Part shown: piece after piece, positions 1-16,665 of the stretch | Position numbering within the stretch: position 1 is the stretch's first letter | Layout of the letters: every line of letters starts with the position of its first letter | From: Macrostomum lignano | Taxonomy: Eukaryota | Direction: 5' to 3' | NCBI GenBank assembly: GCA_002269645.1 | Contig: NIVC01000006.1 | Coordinates: 868,001 to 932,000, forward strand | DNA: 64,000 nt | Notes under the pieces: model-generated | Told to the model about the DNA's origin: nothing | The model's database searches: none | What the model saw: the letters and a program-made list of their open reading frames with translations, nothing else | Translations under genes and position numbers: made by a program

Positions 1-110
1 CAATGCAGAGTTAAGCGTCTTGCTCAATGGCAAAAATTGTTCCAGGTAAGATCGGGAATCGAACCCCCGACCTTCAAGTCGTGAGTCCGACGCTCTGACC
101 ACTAGGCTAT
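1..110 (-). mobile_element. tRNA-derived SINE, head and part of core (cut by window edge)
   Basis: Matches the head half of the copies at 2675-2945 and 4310-4590. The minus strand has A box TAGCCTAGTGG and B box GGTTCGATTCCC. Confidence 0.85.
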
Positions 111-1161
111 GGTCAGGAAATAGGCGATACTGAACAGTCTCAATAAAGGGTAAAGGCAGTATGCTATAGAAAAAATATTACCTTTTCCTATTGCTTACGA
201 ATACGTACGAGATGAAATGATGAGTAAGACCGATATTGAAAGCACCGAAATGCTCATAGTTTCAGTATTTAGTGCTTGTAGCTTATAGTCCTAAAACTTC
301 AAAACTCTTCTGACACACTGCAGGCTTTGGTTTAAAAGCTACCTGCTGCAAGACCTGCACGCACAGGTATAACATTGTTGCCTGTCACAGATGCACGCGA
401 AGTTTGAACTTCTGTTTTTGCTGTGCTATGAAAATATTTCATATCAGTTACTTGCACTCGATGCTGCTGCATGGTCTGATAAAGTAAACTTTCTACACGA
501 ATGTGCAAGTAGGCGTAGCTTTACGAACTACGCTGCATCCGCAGCTTCCATGTGATGAGGACGCACTTTTTTTCCAAATTTCACGCTCGCACATGGGTTC
601 CAAACTTGCTAGCCTACTAACAGCAGGCTATGGGCGTTTTTCTCCCTCTTTTGTAATTTTTCTAGAATTCATACTAGTGGGACTTCTGTAGCTATATTAA
701 TCTGCCATACTTGTAGTTATAATAACATAGGCGCGGTTTTTTGCTGCTTTTGGGTCATAAATCATTGCGTCTGAGCTGGTCTGACAGTCACCTGTGCCTC
801 ACTCAGTGTTGAGGCGGGCGCCAGATGGTCTGAGAGGATGCGGGCGGTAGCTTTTTTCTCATCATTTTGACAGGCCATCAAGATTTATGAGGTCAGAGCC
901 TATTGTTCGGGTTCACTCAAGCGTTTGACAGCTTTGACAGCTATGCGTTTTACCCCTAAAAGTACCTTGGGATTAGCGATTAGCGATTTCTCTTCATTAC
1001 CTTCACTTTCTACTTAATAAGAGCTTTCTAATGTATATTTTTTAATTAATTTTTGTCAATCCTACGCGAGAAGTCATAAATCATTTTGTTGCGATTTTGA
1101 TTGATTTATGGCCGCACCTGTCATTATTTTACGACCCCGAGGGAATTGATAGGATCTCCCG

Positions 1162-1253
1162 GTCACGTGACTTTGGGTTGCAACAAGCTCAGCCAATCAG
1201 AATCGACGTGTTCCATTATATAACAAACTGCGGTCCAGTTGGCGGCTATTTAA
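1162..1253 (+). promoter_or_regulatory. Promoter-like cluster: palindromic E-box, CCAAT box, TATA-like elements
   Basis: GTCACGTGAC 1162-1171, CCAAT 1193-1197, TATATAA 1217-1223 and TATTTAAA about 1246-1253, in canonical order. Confidence 0.45.
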
Positions 1254-2674
1254 ACCGGTGTTTTTGGCCCGCTCGGACTAACCCTTTATGGAGACCGGCC
1301 AGGAACTTGCTCTCTCCCTGGCCCGACCGTCGTTTCTTGATCCCCGGATTGCGACTCCTCCCATCATCATCAAGGACGAATCCCCCCGGTCATCAGCAGT
1401 AAACATCAAAGTGAAGAGCATCACCTGCTAGCTATCAGCGAAGATTGTGACAGCATCATCCCGAGTCTACAGCTGCGAAGCACTAAGCCGATTCGGTCAC
1501 TGTGGATTACCTGGTCTCCGGCTGTTGAGTTTCTGATTGGTTGGGTGAGAGGTTACCTAGACTTGCTTGATTGGGTGATTCCCTATCTGTCCCCTGTTTC
1601 AGTAGCTGAATTAGGCGCACACTTTTGCTCATTTTGTTCAGTAGTGCTGTTGCTGAGGCAGAAGTCATTCAATAATACTGCTAGTAGTCTGAAGCTCCAA
1701 TTCAATCTGAAGTGTGAAGTGATCTAAGGAGAAGGTTAAATCTGACAGTTATTTTTATCGGTTTTATTTCTTTGTTCGCCGATGGCTCAGATGAGTGGCT
1801 AAGCTAGTAGGCGCCGGTCACAGTGGACCAGTGGCAAGGCAGTTCTCAGTTGATCAATCTATCGAATCAGTTAGCGAAACTGCCAGTAGTGCAGAATCGG
1901 CGCCAAAGATGTACTTTGTGCACTCTAGGTTAGCCAAGCGGCTCGGGTAATGAATCATGCGGTCTCTGAAGTTCGAGTTAGCCTATCATCAGCGCTATGA
2001 GAGGCTAGTTGGCGCGTTGAAGGCCAAAAGTACATATTTTCGTATTTAGCAATGTAATAGTACATGTAGCTACCCCATAGACTCGCCACTGCAAGAATCC
2101 CCTGCACAAGTCCCCTCTGTACCTGCATGGCCAATGCAATCGAGTCCCAGCGGTGTCCCTCATCATCGGCTATGACTTCGAGATTGACAGCAAAAAGACA
2201 CTAGTTGGCAGGTAAGTGCTAAGCCCCCTCTAGTCGGAAGCCCGATTTCGAAAGTTCCCGTTTGGTGAGCCAGGACACACGGGCTGGTGTGGGTTAGTTA
2301 ATCTGCGGATTAGCTTTACCTTCAAAATTCTCCCTGTTTGTCTCTCGCTGTCCCTCTCTTAGCTATAGGACTTAGACTGCTCGCCACACGATCAAGCTAC
2401 CATGGGGCTGACCATCTCTAACTCTAATTGATTCATTTCTGAGACCTGAGGCCCGAAGGCTTCCCGAAAGGGGCCGAAAAGGCCGAAACCCATCACATGC
2501 GTGATCAACAATACCGTAATGAACTTTTTACTGGCAAACGTATTGTTAAATTTACAAGCCCGATTAGCATTGCTTGCTGGGAAAATTAAAAACTATTTAA
2601 AACATGTGGGCTAAATTAATACCCGGTATTTCTTACAGATAGAAATAATAATATGTATCATTTATTACACCAGC

Positions 2675-2945
2675 CCTAATGGGCAGATGTGCAACCGACA
2701 GCTCAGCCGCAGCTATTGCGCGGCGCATCTGAAGGCTGCGTACGGCTGTTCAGCCCAAGGACTGGGGGTCGCCACACACCCTCAATTACCCCAGCTAATG
2801 CTGGCACCCATTTTACAGCTGGGTGAACTGAAGCAATGCAGAGTTAAGTGTCTTGCTCAAGGACACAAATTGTTCCGATTGGGCCGAGAATCGAACTCCC
2901 GACCTTTCAGTCGGTAAGTCCGACGCTCTAACCACTAGGCTGCAA
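2675..2945 (-). mobile_element. Full-length tRNA-derived SINE with CORE-like central domain
   Basis: Minus strand: tRNA-like head, then gtgtccttgagcaagacacttaactctgcattgcttcagttcacccagctgtaaaatggg, which resembles the MIR/CORE-SINE core. Five copies lie in this window. Confidence 0.88.
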
Positions 2946-3096
2946 CCCCTTCTTACTGTAAGTAGATGTAAAAATATTGATATGTATTCAATTACAGAAA
3001 TCAGAGCTCTCATTAAAGCCTCATATTGAAATATAATTCTGTAAAAAGCCAGGTTTTCCCTTGGCTTTGTTCTCGGCAATTTCGGAAACAGGCCGA

Positions 3097-8156
<5,060 letters not shown>

Positions 8157-8928
8157 TTTGATAATGTTCGAACCCAGGCTTTCTAATGCTAAGTTTTTAG
8201 ATGCTTTTTAGCTCATAAATGTATGCTGCAATAAAAATGCTGAACATCAAACCCACGTCATTTTCATATGAAGTAACCTTAACTGTGGCAAGCGGCTCGC
8301 ACATTTGACAAATTTCAATTTGTTTACAAGATAAAGATTTTAATTAAAGTGAAGTTCAATGCTAATGCACAAGCTATCAGACGTTCAATGCAAGAGGTAT
8401 TGCAAAAATCTCTTAATATTTTTCTGCTGTCATATCAAACTTGGTCACGTACGATGCGTGGACGGCTTCAAAGTGCAAAATATAAAGCAGCGTAAGAGAT
8501 TCTGAGAAACAAATTAAACAAAAAGAGCGATTTGTTCTACTGCTAGTAGAACTACCCAGAACAATGCAACATTAAATTAAGCCTAAGCTGTACGTAAGGA
8601 CACTGGAAAGTAATATCTACTTTAAATAAACAATCACAAACAGCTTTTAAAAATTGTCAGTATTATTTTCTGTGCCATCATTGGTTTTTTTTCCTTCTTA
8701 AGAAAGCACAATCGTCCACACTTTCACTATCAACATATTGGCCGTAGTAGTTCAGTAGTTGCTTCTTGTCGCGAATTTTAAATTTTTCGATACATATCGG
8801 AAACTCATAAAAATACATGGTACAAAGTATAACTAAACACAAAAATACTTTCATGACAACATGATTTCGCATAAAGTAAGGGCTCCAGAAAGCAAATTCT
8901 GTTAAGTGCTATAAAAATGATAAAAAGT

Positions 8929-8999
8929 TGCATCGGCCGGGAATCGAACCCGGGCCGCCCGCGTGGCAGGCGAGCATTCTACCACTGAACCACCGATGC
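8929..8999 (-). tRNA. trnG-GCC: tRNA-Gly(GCC)
   Basis: GCATCGGTGGTTCAGTGGTAGAATGCTCGCCTGCCACGCGGGCGGCCCGGGTTCGATTCCCGGCCGATGCA: 7-bp acceptor stem, GCC anticodon, TTCGA T-loop, with oligo-T Pol III terminators downstream. Confidence 0.97.
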
Positions 9000-10531
9000 T
9001 TACAGTCAAGAGCTGAAATTTGCCCTATTTATACTCCATACTCAGTTTAGAGTAAAAATGCAGGCCGGAAAGGCTTGAACTTATACGGGCGAGCCCAGAT
9101 GCATAAAAGAAGGGCCCAGTGGTGTAAATCTGCTTTCTTTGTAAATAAGTTCGTACGGGCTTATACCTTAGTAAGTTAGTCTAAGCATATAGGCTGTAAG
9201 TAAACAATTTGAGGCTATTTCCGACCCTTGAATTCCATTCGGTCTGCATCTGCAAGCACAGTAAAGTCGCATTACCACAATCGGCTTAGTTTACCTGAAA
9301 GTCCTGAAACGATAGCAAGCCTTAAGCCCTCTTAATTCAAGCAAGATTTAATAAGATACACTTCAAATTGAAACCAATGGCATATGGATATGGCAAACTG
9401 CATATAGCCACAGATACTATAAACACTAGATAGGCCACTCAGGCTAATTTTCTGGGCAAGTTTTTTATTCTACTTTCTGCTTAGTAGCAATGAAAGGAAG
9501 CAACAGTATTATTTGCTAAATTAGACAAATCGAGTGACTGTTTTTAAGACATCGTTTTGCTAACGCCATAAACAACTAACTTGTTTTGTGCAGTAATGGT
9601 GTACATTAAGACGCGACAGACAGTGTGCAATGCCGCTATCTTTCAAAGTGGAGGAAGGGGGGTAGTCTGGAATAGGGTTAATATCAGTTTCGTATAAGGC
9701 AGGGTGAGTGGATCGATAATTTAGGCCCACTGGTGGTGGGATAGAAAATAAAGGACTGCACATAGCTAGCCTGGGTTAGGGGTGGGGGTTGAGAGGTTGT
9801 GGGTTAGAAAATTTGGGGGTGGCGAATCGTGCTTAAATACAAGCTTATATAGATGAACAGGACAAGAGTCAGAGTTAAAGAAAGTTCGAGTGCATACTAG
9901 CTTTTCTATCTAATCTTGTACTCGAGAAATGTTTTGATTCGAACCACTGCTGTGCTCCCACTTGCACGAGCTTTGTACTAGTGCTATTAACATCCGAGAA
10001 AGAAAAATCCGTTGCGAATGCATAAATTACCAAAAGATGACACTGGCGAAGCGCTGGCAGCAGCTACTGCAGGAGCGTGGATATTGACCTTTATAAACAA
10101 TTAAATCACGGGGCCTCCGTGTGTTCAGCTTGCACTTTATGGACGAGGCCTACTGCTGCCTTACAAAGTGCCACGGATGTGCAAGACATCTGTTTTCGCT
10201 GGGACGCAATCCCACACCAAGAGTTGATGCTGCCTCGGCTCGTTCAAATAGACCAGCTACCCTCTGTGCAAAGGACTGATAAACGATGAAGAGGCAGACG
10301 ACATGTACCCTCCAGTGCTGGGGCCAATTAGCAATCTATCTGCAGCCGAGCCTGCGACTTGCCTGCTGCCAGTGCTGTGGCAGAGCAACCTTCGGCTACC
10401 AGATTCTGCGCCGAGAACAGCTGTTGCGGCTGAAAGCTCTCACCTCTGCAGCCGATTCGCGGGTTCCAAGCGCTAGAGGCAACGATCAAGCGGCTGCAGC
10501 AACGATCCCGAGGCCGAAAGTGACAGGCGAA

Positions 10532-10872
10532 TCAAGCGGCTGCAGCGGCAATCCCGAAAGCGACAGGCAAATCAAGCGGCTGCAGCGGCAATCCCGAAAG
10601 CGACAGGCAAATCAAGCGGCTGCAGCGGCAATCCCGAAAACGACAGGCAAATCAAGCGGCTGCAGCGGCAATCCCGAAAGCGACAGGCAAATCAAGCGGC
10701 TGCAGCGGCAATCCCGAAAACGACAGGCAAATCAAGCGGCTGCAGCGGCAATCCCGAAAGCGACAGGCAAATCAAGCGGCTGCAGCGGCAATCCCGAAAA
10801 CGACAGGCAAATCAAGCGGCTGCAGCGGCAATCCCGAAAGCGACAGGCAAATCAAGCGGCTGCAGCGGCAAC
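10532..10872. repeat. 40-bp tandem repeat (tcaagcggctgcagcggcaatcccgaaagcgacaggcaaa)
   Basis: About 8.5 units; this array generates ORF 10286..11077. Confidence 0.95.
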
Positions 10873-11715
10873 ATTCGATGGTCAAGGCAAGTGCAGCGCA
10901 GTCGTGCATCCATGGACTGTGGAGGCGTGGCTAGCGCAGCTTCCAGCGGTCGACTGGGCGGCAGGGCGCTCGCAGTCAGGGGTGCTCTGGTCAAAGGATG
11001 TCATCTCATCAGCAGCTCATTGCAGCTGCACCACAAAAGTCCTGCTGCTTATCGGCTGCCTGTTACGAAACCACTGAGGATTGGCTCTCCATCGGATACA
11101 TCCCTGGACCTTGAAGTGGCGCATTCGCCAGTTTTTTTCATCTGTTGGGCCGTTCTGAATGCTGCCTCTGAACAAGGGCGACTGGCGACCCTGTTCTTCA
11201 ACAGCACGCTGCGAGTTTCACAAACAGATGAGCTGATTAAGATGAGAAATCTTTCTATTTTGCTACACGAATATGGATTATGGAGTATATGATATAGCTC
11301 GTATTTGCTAAATATACAATAGTTGACTGCAATAATATAGCCTTCTATGCAATCTAAAGCATTCACAATGTTGCTTTGAATTGTGGAAAGTATAATTATA
11401 AGTTTCTTTTTGCAAAAAAATCAATACAATTGCTGCATTGCATTCATCTGTTTTTTTATTTTTAAAAAATATAAATAACGCTAAAATGTTTTTACTACTA
11501 CTAAGCAGAAAGTAGAGTAAACTGTCGTGTTGTGAAAATTAGCTGGAGTGGCCTATCTAGTGTTTATAGTATCTGTGCATATAGCTATACCCAAAACTCA
11601 AGCTGCACACGTGACCTTTAGCTGCTGCTGTTAATGCGAAGCAGCTGGCACACTCAGTTTGACCCTTTTCACTATTGCGACCATGTACTATGTCTATGTG
11701 TGTATTGTGGCGCCC

Positions 11716-12085
11716 CGTATGTACACCCAGCCAGATGTGGCGCCCCTTACACCAGCCAGATGTGGCGCCCCTTGCACCAGCCAGATGTGGCGCCCCTTGC
11801 ACCAGCCAGATGTGGCGCCCCTTGCACCAGCCAGATGTGGCGCCTCGTACATGCAAAACCAGTCAGATGTGGCGCCCGATACATGCAAAACCAGTCAGAA
11901 GTGGCGCCCCGTACATGTACACCAGTCAGATCTGGCGCCCCGTACATGTACACCAGTCAGATCTGGCGCCCCGTACATGTACACCAGTCAGATCTGGCGC
12001 CCCGTACATGTACACCAGCCAAATGTGGCGCCCCGTACATGTACACCAGCCAAATGTGGCGCCCTGTACATGTACACCAGCCAAA
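11716..12085. repeat. 25-31 bp minisatellite with GGCGCC core
   Basis: ccagccagatgtggcgccccttgca grading into ccagtcagatctggcgccccgtacatgtaca. Confidence 0.93.
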
Positions 12086-12477
12086 TGTGGCCTCGGAACG
12101 TGACCTCAGTTACGTTCGTGCACATGCCCTGAAATCAACTACAAGAGCCTTGGATATCAATTTTAAGCATTTATCAACAAAATTTTAGCTAATAGCAACA
12201 ATGTTTAATAATATAATTTGCATGTGCACACAGGCTCTAGTAACACTAACAGGAAGTCAAATTGCGGACCGCACACACCGCGAGTCCAGTTGATTTTAAT
12301 GCAGCTACGAGTAGTTGGCAGTTTTAGCTTCGGAAATGCGCATGTATAGATATTAAAATATGCAGACATTCAGTTTTACACGTCACATTACTACCGTATT
12401 TGCTTAGGGGACTTGAACTCCATGAAATCTTGAAGCAAGTAACCATTCATAATACAAGTGGCAGTGTCTATGTCCCT

Positions 12478-13145
12478 CTTCCCCTATCCCTCCTCTCTCT
12501 CTTCCCCTATCCCTCTCTCTCCCCCTATCCCTCTCTCTCCCCCTATCCCTCTCTCTCCCCCTATCCCTCTCTCTCTTCCCCTATCCCTCTCTCTCCCCCT
12601 ATCCCTCTCTCTCCCCCTATCCCTCTCTCTTCCCCTATCCCTCTCTCTCTTCCCCTATCCCTCTCTCTCTTCCCCTATCCCTCTCTCTCCCCCTATCCCT
12701 CTCTCTCTTCCCCTATCCCTCTCTCTCCCCCTATCCCTCTCTCTCTTCCCCTATCCCTCTCTCTCTTCCCTTATCCCTCTCTCTCTTCCCCTATCCCTCT
12801 TTCTCTTCCCTTATCCCTCTCTCTCTCCCCCTATCCCTCTCTCTCTTCCCTTATCCCTCTCTCTCTCCCCCTATCCCTCTCTCTCTTCCCCTATCCCTCT
12901 CTCTCCCCCTATCCCTCTCTCTCTTCCCCTATCCCTCTCTCTCCCCCTATCCCTCTCTCTCTTCCCCTATCCCTCTCTCTCTTCCCTTATCCCTCTCTCT
13001 CTTCCCCTATCCCTCTTTCTCTTCCCTTATCCCTCTCTCTCTTCCCCTATCCCTCTCTCTCTTCCCTTATCCCTCTCCCTCTTCCCCTATCCATCTCCCT
13101 CTTCCTTTATCCCTATCCCTCTTCCCCGATCCCTCTCCCTCTTTC
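12478..13145. repeat. Polypyrimidine minisatellite (ccctatccctctctctcttc)
   Basis: About 33 units of about 20 bp, almost entirely C/T on the + strand. Confidence 0.95.
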
Positions 13146-13749
13146 TCCCGTCTATCTACAAGTAATTAAAATTTAATTTTAGAAACAGTTCTGTGCTAGA
13201 ATATTTTAAATACAAAATGGTTACAAAAAACTCAAGTCGGTATTACGAGTTATCAATGCAAAAGTGTTGAATCCACTGAATAAGGTGCAGTTATCAGACA
13301 CGCTGATCAATTTCCAATATCTGACAATTCAATAAAGTTATTGCATACGTCAAAGTTGATGCGTCAAAAATAATCAACATGAAGATATTTGGCAGTAAAA
13401 CGCCTTTGAATCAACTATATAGGCTCTAATGTTAAGCTTAGTGAGAAAAATATGTTAATTGTCTGTCGCAAAAATTCAATTTCACAGTGGCACAAAAATC
13501 TATAAATAATTAGTCATATATAGCACAAGAATATTACTGAAGGAGAGAGGATAGAAATTTATTCATTTTGAAATTAGTGAAAAATGTACACAGCCAAGCA
13601 GAATAATTAGGGAAGGACAGTTTTAATGCACAGCGCAATTTAATCAGAAAACAGAAAAACCACACCTATCAATACTGGAATAGAAAAAAGGCATATAATA
13701 AGGTTTGGTATTTACAGTTACATTAACGCTTTAATGCCGCTTTAAGCTT

Positions 13750-14925
13750 CGCTGTTAGCGACACTGTTAGCGACACTGTTAGCGACACTGTTAGCGACAC
13801 TGTTAGCGAAACCTTTAGCTACACTCTTAGCGACACTGTTAGCGACACTTTTAGCGGCACCATTAGCGGCACTTTTAGCGACACTGTTAGCGACACTTTT
13901 AGCGACACTGTTAGCGACACTTTTAGCGACACTGTTAGCGACACTTTTAGCGGCACTGTTAGCGGCACTTTTAGCGACACTTTTAGCGACACTGTTAGCG
14001 ACACTGTTAGCGACACTTTTAGCGGCACCATTAGCGGCACTTTTAGCGACACTGTTAGCGACACTTTTAGCGACACTGTTAGCGACACTTTTAGCGACAC
14101 TGTTAGCGACACTTTTAGCGGCACTGTTAGCGGCACTTTTAGCGACACTTTTAGCGACACTTTTAGCGGCACTTTTAGCGGCACTTTTAGCGACACTGTT
14201 AGCGACACTTTTAGCGGCACCATTAGCGGCACCATTAGCGACACTGTTAGCGACACCTTTAGCGACACCTTTAGCGAAACTCTTAGCGACACTTTTAGCG
14301 GCACCATTAGCGGCACTTTTAGCGACACTGTTAGCGACACTTTTAGCGACACTGTTAGCGACACTTTTAGCGGCACTGTTAGCGGCACTTTTAGCGACAC
14401 TTTTAGCGACACTGTTAGCGACACTTTTAGCGACACTGTTAGCGACACTTTTAGCGGCACCATTAGCGGCACTTTTAGCGACACTGTTAGCGACACTTTT
14501 AGCGACACTGTTAGCGACACTTTTAGCGACACTGTTAGCGACACTTTTAGCGGCACTGTTAGCGGCACTTTTAGCGACACTTTTAGCGACACTGTTAGCG
14601 ACACTGTTAGCGACACTTTTAGCGGCACCATTAGCGGCACTTTTAGCGACACTGTTAGCGACACTTTTAGCGACACTGTTAGCGACACTTTTAGCGACAC
14701 TGTTAGCGACACTTTTAGCGGCACTGTTAGCGGCACTTTTAGCGACACTTTTAGCGACACTTTTAGCGGCACTTTTAGCGGCACTTTTAGCGACACTGTT
14801 AGCGACACTTTTAGCGGCACCATTAGCGGCACCATTAGCGACACTGTTAGCGACACCTTTAGCGACACCTTTAGCGAAACTCTTAGCGACACTTTTAGCG
14901 GCACCATTAGCGGCACTTTTAGCGG
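13750..14925. repeat. 12-bp satellite (ttagcgacactg/t) with a 600-bp higher-order duplication
   Basis: About 98 units; 13861-14320 recurs identically at 14461-14920. Confidence 0.96.
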
Positions 14926-15329
14926 CAATCGACACAAAAGTTTAAGCTAGTAAAATATGAAAAAATATAAACAAGATTAAAATAGTAGACGACTATGACA
15001 GACCAGATGAGGAATAGTGAGAGCAGGCAAGCCAGAAAATAACCATAAAATGGCAAAAATGCACCAAAATTTAATCAAACATTTTCTGACTGAATTCGGA
15101 AAGAAATTCAAATGAAAATTGTAAATCGAGTTCTGACTAATCCCGGATCGCAACTTCTGTCAGCAGCTGGATTGCGACGAATAAAATATTGAGAGCGAAA
15201 GTGCCTGGCTGCACAGGGGCTGCACGGAACAGAATGACTGCTGGCACAGTTCATGGCTCGTGACAGGGGCATCGCCAAAATGGGAGGACAGGACGAGTTA
15301 CTATTGGGGATTGTGACAGCAAAGTCTTT

Positions 15330-16598
15330 GATAAACTGGCATTGGTGGCAGCACAGCCTTTGATAAACTGGCATTGGTGGCAGCACAGCCTTTGATAAAC
15401 TGGCATTGGTGGCAGCACAGCCTTTGATAAACTATGAATAGCATTGGTGGCAGCACACACATAGATAAACTGGCATTGGTGGCAGCACACACACAGATAA
15501 ACTGGCATTGGTGACAGCACACACACAGATAAACTGGCATTGGTGACAGCACACACACAGATAAACTGGCATTGGTGGCAGCACACACATAGATAAACTG
15601 GCATTGGTGGCAGCACACAGAGATAAATGGCATTGGTGGCAGCACACACAGATAAACTGGCATCGGTGGCAGCACACACACAGATAAACTGGCATTGGTG
15701 GCAGCACACACATAGATAAACTGGCATTGGTGGCAGCACACAGAGATAAATGGCATTGGTGGCAGCACACACAGATAAACTGGCATCGGTGGCAGCACAC
15801 ACAGATAAACTGGCATCGGTGGCAGCACACACAGATAAACTGGCATCGGTGGCAGCACACACAGATAAACTGGCATCGGTGGCAGCACACAGAGATAAAC
15901 TGGCATCGGTGGCAGCACACACAGATAAACTGGCATTAGTGGCAGCACACACAGAGATAAACTGGCATCGGTGGCAGCACACACAGATAAACTGGCATCG
16001 GTGACAGCACACACACAGATAAACTGGCATTAGTGGCAGCACACACAGAGATAAACTGGCATCGGTGACAGCACACACAGATAAACTGGCATTAGTGGCA
16101 GCACACAAAGAGATAAACTGGCATTGGTGGCAGCACACACAGATAAACTGGCATTGGTGGCAGCACACACAGATAAACTGGCATTGGTGGCAGCACACAG
16201 AGATAAACTGGCATTGGTGGCAGCACACAAAGATAAACTGGCATTGGTGGCAGCACACACACATATAAACTGGCATTGGTGGCAGCACACACACATATAA
16301 ACTGGCATTGGTGGCAGCACACACACATATAAACTGGCATTGGTGGCAGCACACAGAGATAAACTGGCATTGGTGGCAGCACACAGAGATAAACTGGCAT
16401 CGGTGGCAGCACACACACATATAAACTGGCATCGGTGGCAGCACACACAGATAAACTGGCATTGGTGGCAGCACACACAGATAAACTGGCATCGGTGGCA
16501 GCACACACAGATAAACTGGCATCGGTGGCAGCACACACAGATAAACTGGCATTGGTGGCAGCACACACAGATAAACTGGCATTGGTGGCAGCACACAC
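15330..16598. repeat. About 30-bp minisatellite (ataaactggcattggtggcagcacacacag)
   Basis: About 42 units starting just downstream of the BCR-like stop codon. Confidence 0.96.
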
Positions 16599-16665
16599 TA
16601 AGTACATTTTACGCTGCCGATCCACAAGCGACACCATCGGGCATCAATAAACAAACAAATCAGAC

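Noticed and set aside
11716-12085. TGGCGCCC as a retroviral tRNA-Lys primer-binding site
   Set aside because: It is part of a tandem unit, with no LTR or gag/pol nearby.
12400-13176. Pro/Leu/Ser-rich ORFs
   Set aside because: Products of a CT-rich repeat, with TTG/GTG starts.
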